The notes under the pieces are model-generated. The model saw only the letters and a program-made list of their open reading frames with translations. It was not told the DNA's origin and made no database searches. From Cyanophyceae cyanobacterium (lineage in GTDB: Bacteria > Cyanobacteriota > Cyanobacteriia > Cyanobacteriales > JBHJGN01), in NCBI GenBank assembly GCA_050331735.1, contig JBHJGN010000041.1, forward strand, positions 1-60,512: DNA of 60,512 nt. Reading direction: 5' to 3'. Position 1 is the stretch's first letter. Every line of letters begins with the position of its first letter. Shown here in pieces: positions 31,265 through 40,749 of this stretch. The position numbers and the translations under genes were made by a program.

Positions 31265-31993
31265 TTAATTGTTGATGGTTGATTGTTCATTGGTCGCTGG
31301 TCCCTGCTCACTCGACTTGATGGCTGAGATAAAATCTGTAGACTCTGCCACCGTTCCAAAAACTCCTCCCTGCATCTGAATCATTTTCAGGGCCGCGCGG
31401 TAATTTCCAGTGTCGGTGGCGCCAGTACAGTCGGAGAGAAGGAGACATTCGTAGCCGCGGTCGTTGGCTTCGCGCATCGTGGTATGAACGCAAACATCGG
31501 TGGTGATGCCTGTTAACACCAGGTTCTGAATTCTTTTACGCCGCAGCAGCAGGTCTAAATCTGTGGCAAAAAAAGCGCCCTTTCCAGGTTTATCAATCAC
31601 CGTCTCTCCCGGTAAAGGAGAGAGGTCCGGAATAATCTCCCAGCCGGGTTCACCTCGTACTAGAATTTTGCCGCAGGGACCGGGGTCGCCGATGCCTGCC
31701 CCAATCTGGCGGGAGCGCCACTGCTTATTCTCGGGTAAATCGGCGAGATCCGGGCGATGTCCTTCGCGGGTATGCATCACGTGATATCCTTCGCCTCGCG
31801 CTACTGCTAGCACTTGCTGAATTGGCTCAATCGGAGCGCGAGTTAACGAGAGGTCGTACCCCATTTTGTCCACATAGCCTCCGATACCGCAGAAATCGGT
31901 CTGCATGTCAATCACCAGCACCACTGTATTTTCGGGGCGTAAATCGCCGTTGTAAGGATAGGGATAGGGGTCCGCTTTGACAAATCTGTTCAT
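31265..31993 (-). CDS. biuH: Biuret hydrolase (isochorismatase-like cysteine hydrolase)
   Basis: [61 protein letters not shown]; these motifs closely match Rhizobium BiuH as I recall it. Confidence 0.82.
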   Translation of the reverse strand: MNRFVKADPYPYPYNGDLRPENTVVLVIDMQTDFCGIGGYVDKMGYDLSLTRAPIEPIQQVLAVARGEGYHVMHTREGHRPDLADLPENKQWRSRQIGAGIGDPGPCGKILVRGEPGWEIIPDLSPLPGETVIDKPGKGAFFATDLDLLLRRKRIQNLVLTGITTDVCVHTTMREANDRGYECLLLSDCTGATDTGNYRAALKMIQMQGGVFGTVAESTDFISAIKSSEQGPATNEQSTINN

Positions 31994-32087
31994 AAGTAGA
32001 TGGGGACAATTAAAGCGAAAATAACAGCAGATTAGCTCTTAGCTGTGAGCTTTTCCGTGCTTGATTAGGTTTGACACTTTGTGCGGC

Positions 32088-32498
32088 CTACCTCCTTGAG
32101 GTAGTTTGGGAAGAAACGCTAGTGTAAGAGCGCCAGCCGCCGTACTGGGTAATTTCTGTTCCCTGGGCGCAGCAAACGGCTTCACCGAGAACCCCTAAAA
32201 CCACGGCTCCATCTTCGAGCCTCACTTTACCGATACAGAGTCCGGGGGGTTCCTGTAATAAGACAGCGGTCAGTCCCGCCGGAGAAATCGACCAAATTTC
32301 TAGGGCGATCGCCGCGCCGCCTGTCTCTACCTGCTGCATGGCCGGATAGCGATCAGCAATCGACCACAGACGATAGCAAGGGGCCGTTTGAGCTTCGCGC
32401 ACAAACCTCGCTCCTACGGCTTGCAGGTTGCCGTTCAGCGCTAATCCCCGCATCAATGTGCCGTTGACTGCTAAGTAAATCGGGTTTGATTCGCTCAT
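32088..32498 (-). CDS. Stand-alone allophanate hydrolase C-terminal-like (GGCT-fold) protein
   Basis: LAVNGTLMRGL.LN, TAPCYRL, ALEIW, PPGLCIGKVRLEDG, EITQYGGWR. Confidence 0.8.
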   Translation of the reverse strand: MSESNPIYLAVNGTLMRGLALNGNLQAVGARFVREAQTAPCYRLWSIADRYPAMQQVETGGAAIALEIWSISPAGLTAVLLQEPPGLCIGKVRLEDGAVVLGVLGEAVCCAQGTEITQYGGWRSYTSVSSQTTSRR

Positions 32499-32510
32499 AA
32501 ATATTAGAAG

Positions 32511-32651
32511 TAATACCAATTAGAAAAAGTCATGAGAGACTTGATGAGTTGGGGGAAAGGGGAAGGGGACGCACAGCAGCTCTTTGCCCTTGAACCTCCA
32601 ATGCTTGGTTAGTTTAAGGAACTATCTGACTACTTCCGGTCAATGGTATAA
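32511..32651. mobile_element. MITE-like element, family A, copy 1 (141 bp)
   Basis: Ends TAATACCAAT and CAATGGTATAA; highly similar to the inverted copy at 47717-47857 and related to 60014-60168. Confidence 0.75.
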
Positions 32652-32740
32652 GCTGCTCGTCGCGACGGTTAACTAGGTTAACTAGAGTCCCAACGTTGTG
32701 GCCTTGGAAAACCAGAAGAACGAATTGAGAGCTGCTGTCA

Positions 32741-32782
32741 ATGCTAATTAACTTTAGAATTAGATTTCGTAACGAGGATTAC
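32741..32782 (-). promoter_or_regulatory. Canonical NtcA-activated promoter facing the biuret cluster
   Basis: GTA-ACGAGGAT-TAC at 32769-32782, a 22-nt spacer, then TAGCAT (TAN3T -10) on the minus strand at 32741-32746. Confidence 0.65.
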
Positions 32783-32908
32783 GGAAGATCGGCAACTCTT
32801 CAGGTAGAAACTTGGTATTCCTTTTTAAATCTAAGGCAAACTTCCCGATCGACTGCCAGGGAACGCTCCAAAAGCTAAAGAGGAAAGATTAAATTTCTGC
32901 TGATAGAT

Positions 32909-34378
32909 ATGTTTGATTTACTCAGTGTTTTCTTTGCATTTATCTTACTGGGGCTATTGCTGCTTGTTGCTCGGTTTATTAAATATCACGTGCAACTTTT
33001 GCAGACCCTGTATTTGCCAGAGTCAATTATTGCTGGGGCGATCGCGCTGTTGCTTGGTCCTGCCGTTTTAGGAGCCATAACCACGGCTTTTGGAGCCGCT
33101 CCAGACTCTTATCTGGCTGGCGGGGTGTTTCCCGAAGCGATTCGCACCGTCTGGTCTCAAAGTCCCGGGGTATTTATTAACGTTGTGTTTGCGGCCCTCT
33201 TTCTCGGAGAGCATATCCCTAATCCACGAGATATTTGGCGGAAAGCCTCTCCTCAAGTAGCTTTTGGACAAACCATCGCCTGGGGGCAGTATGTAATTGG
33301 TCTCCTGTTGGTGCTGCTGGTTCTCACCCCCCTGTTTGGTCTCGATCCGATCGCGGGAGCCTTAATTGAAATCGGGTTTGAAGGGGGACACGGAACCGCA
33401 GCGGGCATGGCGGAAACGTTTACCACGTTAGATTATCCCGAAGGCGGAGATCTGGCGGTAGGGTTAGCTACCGTTGGCATTGTCACCGGAGTCATTGCTG
33501 GAACGGCTTTAGCAGATTGGGGACGGCGCCAAGGCTATATCCAGTCCGAGCCAGTCGAAGTGAGAGATGGCGATGCTCAGTTTCAAGAAACGGCGCCAAC
33601 AGAAGGAGCGCGGGTCCGCGAGAAACGCTCTTCTTTGATGCGTAATTTACTGATCGATCCCCTGTCACTGAACTTTGGCTTTACGGGGCTGGCCATTGGG
33701 ATCGGCTGGCTGATTTTAGAAGGTCTAACGTTACTGGAATCGCTCACCTGGGGACGAGGCGGCATCGAGTTACTGGGGGCCGTGCCGCTGTTTCCCATTG
33801 CCCTGGTCGGGGGCATTATCGTTCAGGTGGTGATGACGCGCCTCGGACTAGATGCCTTGATTGTGCGTCGTTTGCAAGAACGAATTGCTGGAGTGGCTCT
33901 CGATATTGTTGTGATCACGGCGATCGCCACCATTTCGCTAACCGTGATTGGCGCTAATTTAGGCGCATTTATTATTCTGGCCGTTGCTGGCATCATCTGG
34001 AACATCGGGGCATTTTTATTCATTGCTCCAAGAATGCTGCCCGTATACTGGTTTGAGCGCGGTATTGGGGACATGGGTCAGTCGATGGGAGTTACGGCCA
34101 CCGGGATTTTGCTGATTCGGATGGTCGATCCCGAAAACCGCACAGGAGCCTTCGAGAGTTTTGCCTACAAACAGCTCTTTTTTGAGCCCATTGTCGGCGG
34201 CGGATTGTTTACCGCAGCGGCCCCCCCGCTAATTCGGCAGTTTGGAGCCGTTGCTGTTTTGCTGCTCACGGCTGGTCTCCTGGCCTTCTGGCTCATCTTC
34301 GGCTTTTGGAACTACCGAGTCATCAAAGCCAAGCTCGATTCTGAGTCAGCCCAAACCAGACAGGAGGTAGAAGTCTAG
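32909..34378 (+). CDS. gltS: Sodium/glutamate symporter
   Basis: LYLPESIIAG, IGFEGGHGTAAG, GQSMGVTATG; highly hydrophobic. Confidence 0.85.
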   Translation: MFDLLSVFFAFILLGLLLLVARFIKYHVQLLQTLYLPESIIAGAIALLLGPAVLGAITTAFGAAPDSYLAGGVFPEAIRTVWSQSPGVFINVVFAALFLGEHIPNPRDIWRKASPQVAFGQTIAWGQYVIGLLLVLLVLTPLFGLDPIAGALIEIGFEGGHGTAAGMAETFTTLDYPEGGDLAVGLATVGIVTGVIAGTALADWGRRQGYIQSEPVEVRDGDAQFQETAPTEGARVREKRSSLMRNLLIDPLSLNFGFTGLAIGIGWLILEGLTLLESLTWGRGGIELLGAVPLFPIALVGGIIVQVVMTRLGLDALIVRRLQERIAGVALDIVVITAIATISLTVIGANLGAFIILAVAGIIWNIGAFLFIAPRMLPVYWFERGIGDMGQSMGVTATGILLIRMVDPENRTGAFESFAYKQLFFEPIVGGGLFTAAAPPLIRQFGAVAVLLLTAGLLAFWLIFGFWNYRVIKAKLDSESAQTRQEVEV

Positions 34379-34454
34379 TCGCAGCAATAATTAAGAGCAG
34401 TGAGCAGGAGGATTGTCTTAGAATGGGAATGTTTCTGCAACCGACCGCTGTGCC

Positions 34455-34721
34455 ATGCCTCAGTTTCAAGCTAGTATCTATGTCACCCTCAGACCCTCAG
34501 TGCTCGATCCGGCAGGAACAGCGGTAGAATCGGGACTTAAGCAACTGGGATACGAATCGGTTGCCGGCGTTAGAATCGGCAAGTATATTGAACTGGCGTT
34601 AGCCGCTAGCGATGAAGCAGAGGCCCAGCGCCAGCTAGAGCAAATGTGCGATCGCCTACTGGCGAACCCAGTTATTGAAAACTACCGCTTTGAGCTCACC
34701 CCAATGTCTGTCCCGGCATAA
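34455..34721 (+). CDS. purS: FGAM synthase subunit PurS
   Basis: [35 protein letters not shown]. Confidence 0.96.
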   Translation: MPQFQASIYVTLRPSVLDPAGTAVESGLKQLGYESVAGVRIGKYIELALAASDEAEAQRQLEQMCDRLLANPVIENYRFELTPMSVPA

Positions 34722-34822
34722 CTAACCGCCTGCAAACGGAGTCAGAGACCCCCGAAAATAGACAGTCAACCACCAACAAAAGCGACAAGAGAGATAGACT
34801 TTACTTTAGACAAACTCCCCCA

Positions 34823-35536
34823 ATGATTGGCATTATTGTTTTTCCCGGCTCAAACTGCGATCGCGATGTCGCCACCGTGTTTCAGAATTTACTCCAGGTG
34901 CCAACGCGCCTGGTTTGGCATCAAGAAACAAACCTTGCCGATCTCGATGTGATTGTGATTCCCGGCGGCTTTAGCTACGGAGACTACCTGCGCTGCGGGG
35001 CGATTGCCCAGTTCTCTCCGGTCATCAAAAGCGTGATTGCCCATGCGGAACAGGGAAAGTGGGTGCTCGGCATTTGCAATGGCTTTCAGGTGCTGACGGA
35101 AGCGGGACTGTTGCCAGGGGCACTGATTCGCAACCGCAATCTACACTTTATCTGCGATCGCGTTGCTGTCCGAGTGGAACGCACTAATCTTCCCTGGACC
35201 CAATCCTACTCCCCCCATCAGGTGCTCACTCTCCCCATTGCTCACGGAGAGGGACGCTACTACGCTAGTCCCGATACGCTCCAGTCTTTAGAAGATAACG
35301 ATCAGGTATTGTTTCGCTACTGTACTTCTGGGGGTGAAGTCAACGACAGCGGCAACTCTAATGGCTCGCTGCATAACATTGCTGGCATTGTTAACAAACA
35401 GGGTAACGTCTTGGGCATGATGCCTCATCCAGAACGAGCCTCCGATCCTCTCCTGGGTGCAGTAGATGGCAGAGGACTCTTTGAAGGACTGCTGTCAGCA
35501 CTCTCTCAAAGGACTCAAGCCTTCTCGTTGGTTTAG
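34823..35536 (+). CDS. purQ: FGAM synthase glutaminase subunit PurQ
   Basis: [40 protein letters not shown]. Confidence 0.97.
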   Translation: MIGIIVFPGSNCDRDVATVFQNLLQVPTRLVWHQETNLADLDVIVIPGGFSYGDYLRCGAIAQFSPVIKSVIAHAEQGKWVLGICNGFQVLTEAGLLPGALIRNRNLHFICDRVAVRVERTNLPWTQSYSPHQVLTLPIAHGEGRYYASPDTLQSLEDNDQVLFRYCTSGGEVNDSGNSNGSLHNIAGIVNKQGNVLGMMPHPERASDPLLGAVDGRGLFEGLLSALSQRTQAFSLV

Positions 35537-35565
35537 TTGGACCTTGCCAACAACCCGGGATTTAT

Positions 35566-35597
35566 GCTCCTGGGCCACATTGCGGTGGCGCAGGAGT
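35566..35597. terminator. Hairpin between the convergent purQ and mscS-family genes
   Basis: CTCCTG GGCCAC ATTGCG GTGGC GCAGGAG inverted repeat; no U-tract. Confidence 0.35.
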
Positions 35598-35674
35598 GAG
35601 AAGTCCTCTTTTGGCTGAAGCTGTTCCCCCGACTGAACAAGCGAGGGCAATGGCAGGCGGCTGCACTGCTTTCG

Positions 35675-37285
35675 TCAATGATGATTGATCGTTTCTAGCG
35701 GCTCGTTCTCTCGCTCGGTGTAGGTATGTTTAAGATGGCGCATCACTTCTTGGTAGATCTCGCTGCTGACGCGATCGCCTCGCTTGCCGTCTTCTAGCTT
35801 CATATCGTCGATGTAAAAGTTGAGGGAAAACTGGGCACTGGTTTTGCCCTCGCTGGTGCTCACTTCGGTGAGCCACACTTTCGGTTCCTGCCACTGGCAG
35901 CGGCGCTGCTTGAAATTCTCATTCAGCCACTTCTTTAACTCCATCACGTAGTCGTCTAGCCGAGTTTCCTCTCGCTGAGGATTGAAGATCTTCTGCGTGA
36001 GCCGACCCATTCTCCGCTTGAGCAGCACTATTTTGCGCTCCCACTCCTCGGGCAAAATATACTGGTCTTCGTCGAGGAGGTTGGGATCTCTCAGCCAGGC
36101 TCGATACCATTCTCTGACTAGCTCAATGAGTGCTTCCTCAGATTGGGTTTCTTCAAAATTCGTGCCTGTGTCTTGGAACGAGGCTTCCAACCCAACCAGA
36201 TCGAGAACGTACTGGTATTCCTGCTGAACATTTTCAATTTCCTCTTGGGTGAGTCCCCCTTTTTCGGCAAACTGAAGCGTTACGACTAAGGCTTCCAGCG
36301 CTAGCTCAATTTCTTCAAGTTTAAAGTCAACTTCACTTTCTGCTGTGAGCCGGGGCCTACCCGCTTCCTGCTGAGCAGCATCGCCTCCTGAAGCGCTGTA
36401 GAATTTATCTACGCACTCCAGCTTCCGCTCAATGCTTCCTAGTGTGTCTGCATGTCCTAAAATCGCTTCCTCCATCAAGTTCTGCACTTCGTCGAGATCG
36501 CACTGGATAGGAACCGCGACAGATGTAGAGTAGTAGTAGTAGGCGGTCGGACGACTGAGGTTAGTAATGTTTTGTCCCTGGAGAACGCTATTGGGAATGT
36601 AGAGGTCGCTATGGCTGTTGAACATATAGAGTTGCGTGACCCGCACTCCGATTCTGCGCAGCATCCCTACGTTGCCGTCTTCGAGGCGCAGAATATCGCC
36701 AAACTGAAACGGCGTATCAATCAGCAGCACAATCCCGCTAAAAAAGTTTGCCAATATATCCTTGACGGCGAAGCCAATTACAAACGTCGCGCCTCCCAAC
36801 GTGACCCAGATTCCGGTGAGATCGACCCCCACTGCCTGAAGCACAAATACGCCACCCACCAGAAAAATCACCACAGGAGACACGGCTTCGAGGAGCGGCA
36901 GCAGCACGTCGTCCCACATAGCTTCAGTTTGCTGCGTATACTCTTTGAGGTAGTAAACCACAACCTGATTGAATAGCTGAACCAGCCAATAGCTTACCGC
37001 TACAATCAGGCTCGCCGTCAGCAGGCGCTCGAAGTCTTCGACAACCTCAATTGAAGCTAAATTGCGAAAGGCAATCTTGAGGTTGAGCAAAATGAAAACA
37101 GCGAGGGCAGGATAGGCGGAAACATTAAGAGTGACAAGGGCAAAATCTCGGTCAAAGCGGCGGAAAACCGAGCGCAGCACATAGAACAGCACTAAATAGA
37201 GCAAGCCAGCGCCAACCGCAACCGCAACTAAGCTACCAACAATAGCAGCAACACTGTCAATCTCAAACGGCAATTTTTCTAGCAT
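35675..37285 (-). CDS. MscS family mechanosensitive channel with a long acidic C-terminal insertion
   Basis: GFAVKDILANFFSG, DTPFQFGD, RIGVRVT, IPNS..ITNLSRP. Confidence 0.9.
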   Translation of the reverse strand: MLEKLPFEIDSVAAIVGSLVAVAVGAGLLYLVLFYVLRSVFRRFDRDFALVTLNVSAYPALAVFILLNLKIAFRNLASIEVVEDFERLLTASLIVAVSYWLVQLFNQVVVYYLKEYTQQTEAMWDDVLLPLLEAVSPVVIFLVGGVFVLQAVGVDLTGIWVTLGGATFVIGFAVKDILANFFSGIVLLIDTPFQFGDILRLEDGNVGMLRRIGVRVTQLYMFNSHSDLYIPNSVLQGQNITNLSRPTAYYYYSTSVAVPIQCDLDEVQNLMEEAILGHADTLGSIERKLECVDKFYSASGGDAAQQEAGRPRLTAESEVDFKLEEIELALEALVVTLQFAEKGGLTQEEIENVQQEYQYVLDLVGLEASFQDTGTNFEETQSEEALIELVREWYRAWLRDPNLLDEDQYILPEEWERKIVLLKRRMGRLTQKIFNPQREETRLDDYVMELKKWLNENFKQRRCQWQEPKVWLTEVSTSEGKTSAQFSLNFYIDDMKLEDGKRGDRVSSEIYQEVMRHLKHTYTERENEPLETINHH

Positions 37286-37569
37286 TGGGAATTAAGAGGG
37301 GGAATGGGGAAAGGGTAAGGGGGAAAGGGATAAGCTATTCTTCACCGCTTGTTCTTGTTTGGCAGTTCTCTTAAAGAGCAAAAAACGGACTGCTTGAGCT
37401 GTCGATTGTTAATGGTTGATGGTTGATGGGTTTGTAGCTACTTATGGGCGTATTCTACTCACCTAAATTCCAAGGCTCATGATACGTAAACTCTATAGCA
37501 GGCGATGAACAATCAGCAATCAACAGAAACCCAGGTTAGAAATCTGTACCTCATTCAAGCAAAAACTGC

Positions 37570-37923
37570 TTATTCAATTTCTAGCTTGAGGCTAGGGAGC
37601 AAGCGCTGAAGATTTTTCAAGGATTTGCCCTGCCAGGGAATGTCGTTTGAACCGAGGACGATGAGCTGGATGGTTCTCTTCTTGCGCAGGTTAATGACAA
37701 ATTTAGAGATTGTGCTGATGCCGGAACTGTTTAGAAACTCTAGGTTTCTGAGATCTAAGGTGATTGTAGAGGGGTCTTGGTCGGCAACGCTATTGAGTAA
37801 CTTGACAATGGGCGCGTATTCTGCGGGTCCGCCCAGGCTCAGCTCCCCGAGAAACTTGATGATCGCAGTAGTCGGATCGTACCGAACGCTGTAGTCGTCG
37901 CCTTTGATTTCTACAATATCCAT
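37570..37923 (-). CDS. STAS-like phosphoacceptor (slr1659-like, SiaC-like role)
   Basis: LDLRNLEFLNSSGI contains the conserved Ser; PWQGKSLKNL. Confidence 0.85.
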   Translation of the reverse strand: MDIVEIKGDDYSVRYDPTTAIIKFLGELSLGGPAEYAPIVKLLNSVADQDPSTITLDLRNLEFLNSSGISTISKFVINLRKKRTIQLIVLGSNDIPWQGKSLKNLQRLLPSLKLEIE

Positions 37924-37957
37924 ATTAATAACAAGTTTTAATTTGTCTAAACAAAAA

Positions 37958-38551
37958 CTATACTGCGATTTGAGCCATCGTTGTCACCGCTATGAGTGAA
38001 GGGTCGTTCTTGATCGCTTTAAACTGCCAGCCTAGTTTGGCAGAATAGTCGTTAATCATCGTCAGCAGACCTAACCCAGAAGCGTTGCTGTGTTCGTCTT
38101 CGGCACTTTTCTCAATCTGAGTAATATACATCTCAGTCGGATCACAATTGAGGATTTCCTCGATAAATGCCTGAAACTTCTCGACTCGCTGTTTGTTAAC
38201 GCTATTGGTGGCGAAAATAACTGCCGTAATTGTTCCTTCTTTTTCTAAAAAGTGAATCCCAAACCTGACGCGATACCTGGCAGTTTCATCGTTGAATTTC
38301 ATTGCATTTTCTAACAGTTCGTTGGCAATGTAGCTCATCGCTCCTTTGCTTTCTTTGAGGCGGCGATCGTCTAAGGGATCTTCGTCATCAACAGGTAAAA
38401 AGGTGGCGAGGTATTCCGCGACAAACTGCGCCGAGAGTCTGTTATTGCGCCAGCGCTTCTTGATAGGAAGAGAGCTCGGAGTAAAGGTTAATACCAGAGA
38501 GTCGTGGTCGGGAGGAAAGTTATTCAGGTATTCTCCAAATATCTGTACCAT
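37958..38551 (-). CDS. GHKL-type Ser/Thr kinase or anti-sigma-like protein (slr1658-like, SiaB-like)
   Basis: WRNNRLSA.F.A, SYIANELLENAMKF (N box), SGLGLLTMINDY (G box). Confidence 0.85.
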   Translation of the reverse strand: MVQIFGEYLNNFPPDHDSLVLTFTPSSLPIKKRWRNNRLSAQFVAEYLATFLPVDDEDPLDDRRLKESKGAMSYIANELLENAMKFNDETARYRVRFGIHFLEKEGTITAVIFATNSVNKQRVEKFQAFIEEILNCDPTEMYITQIEKSAEDEHSNASGLGLLTMINDYSAKLGWQFKAIKNDPSLIAVTTMAQIAV

Positions 38552-38583
38552 AGCTAGTGAGTCGATTTAAAACTATTCAACAT

Positions 38584-40692
38584 TTATCGCTGTTTGAGAA
38601 CTACCAGAGTAATGTCGTCAAACACCTTTTGCTGGCCAATGTGTCGTCGCAGATCTTCAATAACGGCTTGCTTCACATCCTCCGCTGAGCCCTGCCAGCT
38701 TTGAGACGCCACTGCACCGAGTCGCTCAATGCCGTACTGCACTCTATTAATATCCTTGGCTTCAGTAATTCCGTCAGTGTAAAGGATCAGGCCGTCTCCT
38801 GAGTTCATCTCGACCAGGGTATGACTAATAAAATCAGCAATATTGTCGTCTAAGCCAATCGGAAAGCCTAGGTCTATGGTGTCTACCCGCTCAACAGAAC
38901 CATCAGCGCGAACAACGATCGCTTCTTCATGCTGTCCGCTGAGGCTAATCTTGCCGTCCGCGTAGTTAAGCACTGCCAGCGTCAGGTTTCTATCGGTATT
39001 CATCCGCTGTACGTTCTGGTAGATGGTGCGATTGAGAGCATCTAGAAAGCGGACCGGATCGGTTTCTCGAATTTCTTTGAGAGTACGCACTGCCGTCTGG
39101 GTCATCACCATGAGGATGCCGCTTTCTAGTCCGTGTCCGGTAACGTCACCAATGCCGATGGTGACGACTCCATCGGTATAGAGAACGTCATAGTAGTCGC
39201 CGCCGACTTCATCGGCGGGCTCCATGTATCCGGCAATATTGAGTCCTTGAATGGCGCTCAGTTCTTCAGAGGTAGGCAGAATCATCTGCTGCATCCGGCG
39301 AGCTACATCTACTTCAGCTCCCAAACGCCGGTTCTCTGCCTTGAGTTTGGTGTTGAGGGTCGTAATTTGTTCGTTGGCTTGAGCGAGGTCTGCGGTGCGT
39401 TCTTTGACTTTATTTTCGAGGGTATTAAAGAATGCCTCAAGCTGCCCTGCCATGCTGTTAAACGAGCGAGCAAGTTGGCTCATCTCAACAATGCGGCTTG
39501 CTTCATCCACTCGCTGAGCGAGATTTCCGGCGGCCATTTTTCTGGAAGCCTCGGTAATTTTAAGAACCGGGCGAGTAATCCAGCGAGCAGCAAGAATGCC
39601 GAGGGCGATCGCCACTGCCAATGCAGCTAGGGTTAGCCAAACGGTGTTACGGGTGGTAGAGTAGATCTGCTCCATGAAATCGGCTTCTGGCACCGTCACC
39701 ACAATTAGCCAATCTAATCCTCTCCCATCCTGAAAGGGCAGTACCTGCATGAGCTGACGCTGCCCTTCCCAAGAGAACTCAAGCTGCTGTGACGTATGGA
39801 TCGCCTGATAACTTCCAAACCGCTGGAGGAGAAACTGAGCAGACTCTTGGATCAGTGGTTTGCTACTCTCGGATGCCCGCACCAGTTCAGTTTCTTCTCC
39901 TACTCCAACGGTGAGCGGTTCATCGGTAGAGCTAGAAATCACCTGTCCGGTGCGATCGATGACGAAAGCCTGCCCTGTTTTACCAATAGAAAGATCAGAG
40001 AGAAATTTGCGGAAGTCTTCGGGGAGCAGTACATCTGTTCCGCAGACTCCTACAACCTTGCGACCCGTCTCGTTATAAACAGGGCGACTAGAGGTAATTG
40101 TGGGGAATCGGGTGGTGAAATCGAGATAGATATCGCTCCAGCTTGGACGCTGGGTTCTAAAGGCAGCTCGATACCAGGGGCGACTGCGAGGATCGAACTC
40201 TCCATAGCTTTCTAAGAAGAACCGGCGGCTTCCCTGAAAAGTGATGCCATAGGCATGCATAGTGCCAATCGTTTGGGCATTTGCTACTAGCATATTAAAT
40301 TCTGATGCGGCATCATTGGCAGACGTGCGAGATACTCCAAAAAAATTGCCGTTTTCATCGCCACAGTAGATAGCATCGACAAACGGAGAAATTTTGAGCT
40401 GTTGCAAAAACTGGGCCGCGTTTTCACCGTTGGCAAGATCGATCTGCCCTTGAGCGAGGGAGTAGGCATTGATTAGATTGAGCTCATGGGTTGTTTCAAA
40501 ATACCCTTGCAGCTCTCGTTCAATGCGTACCGTCAGTTCACGGCGAAGCTGTGAGGAGATATCATTGACAGCCCGTTGACTTCCTCGAAACGAGATGTAG
40601 CCGACTAAACCCACCGCCGCCACAATCTGCACAACGAAGAAAGCCACCAAAGCTGTCGGGAGGGAAAATTGGGGGGGATTTTTCTTCAGCAT
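38584..40692 (-). CDS. Membrane sensor phosphatase: Cache, HAMP and SpoIIE/PP2C domains
   Basis: TM, FDPRSRPWY (Cache), TM, HAMP, EVGGDYYD, GDVTGHG, LYTDGITEA, DDITLV; ATG 40692 follows GGAGG. Confidence 0.92.
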   Translation of the reverse strand: MLKKNPPQFSLPTALVAFFVVQIVAAVGLVGYISFRGSQRAVNDISSQLRRELTVRIERELQGYFETTHELNLINAYSLAQGQIDLANGENAAQFLQQLKISPFVDAIYCGDENGNFFGVSRTSANDAASEFNMLVANAQTIGTMHAYGITFQGSRRFFLESYGEFDPRSRPWYRAAFRTQRPSWSDIYLDFTTRFPTITSSRPVYNETGRKVVGVCGTDVLLPEDFRKFLSDLSIGKTGQAFVIDRTGQVISSSTDEPLTVGVGEETELVRASESSKPLIQESAQFLLQRFGSYQAIHTSQQLEFSWEGQRQLMQVLPFQDGRGLDWLIVVTVPEADFMEQIYSTTRNTVWLTLAALAVAIALGILAARWITRPVLKITEASRKMAAGNLAQRVDEASRIVEMSQLARSFNSMAGQLEAFFNTLENKVKERTADLAQANEQITTLNTKLKAENRRLGAEVDVARRMQQMILPTSEELSAIQGLNIAGYMEPADEVGGDYYDVLYTDGVVTIGIGDVTGHGLESGILMVMTQTAVRTLKEIRETDPVRFLDALNRTIYQNVQRMNTDRNLTLAVLNYADGKISLSGQHEEAIVVRADGSVERVDTIDLGFPIGLDDNIADFISHTLVEMNSGDGLILYTDGITEAKDINRVQYGIERLGAVASQSWQGSAEDVKQAVIEDLRRHIGQQKVFDDITLVVLKQR

Positions 40693-40749
40693 GTTTACCT
40701 CCCAGATCGTCAAGCCACTCAAGAGTGGCGACAATTGCTAATCAGCTTG

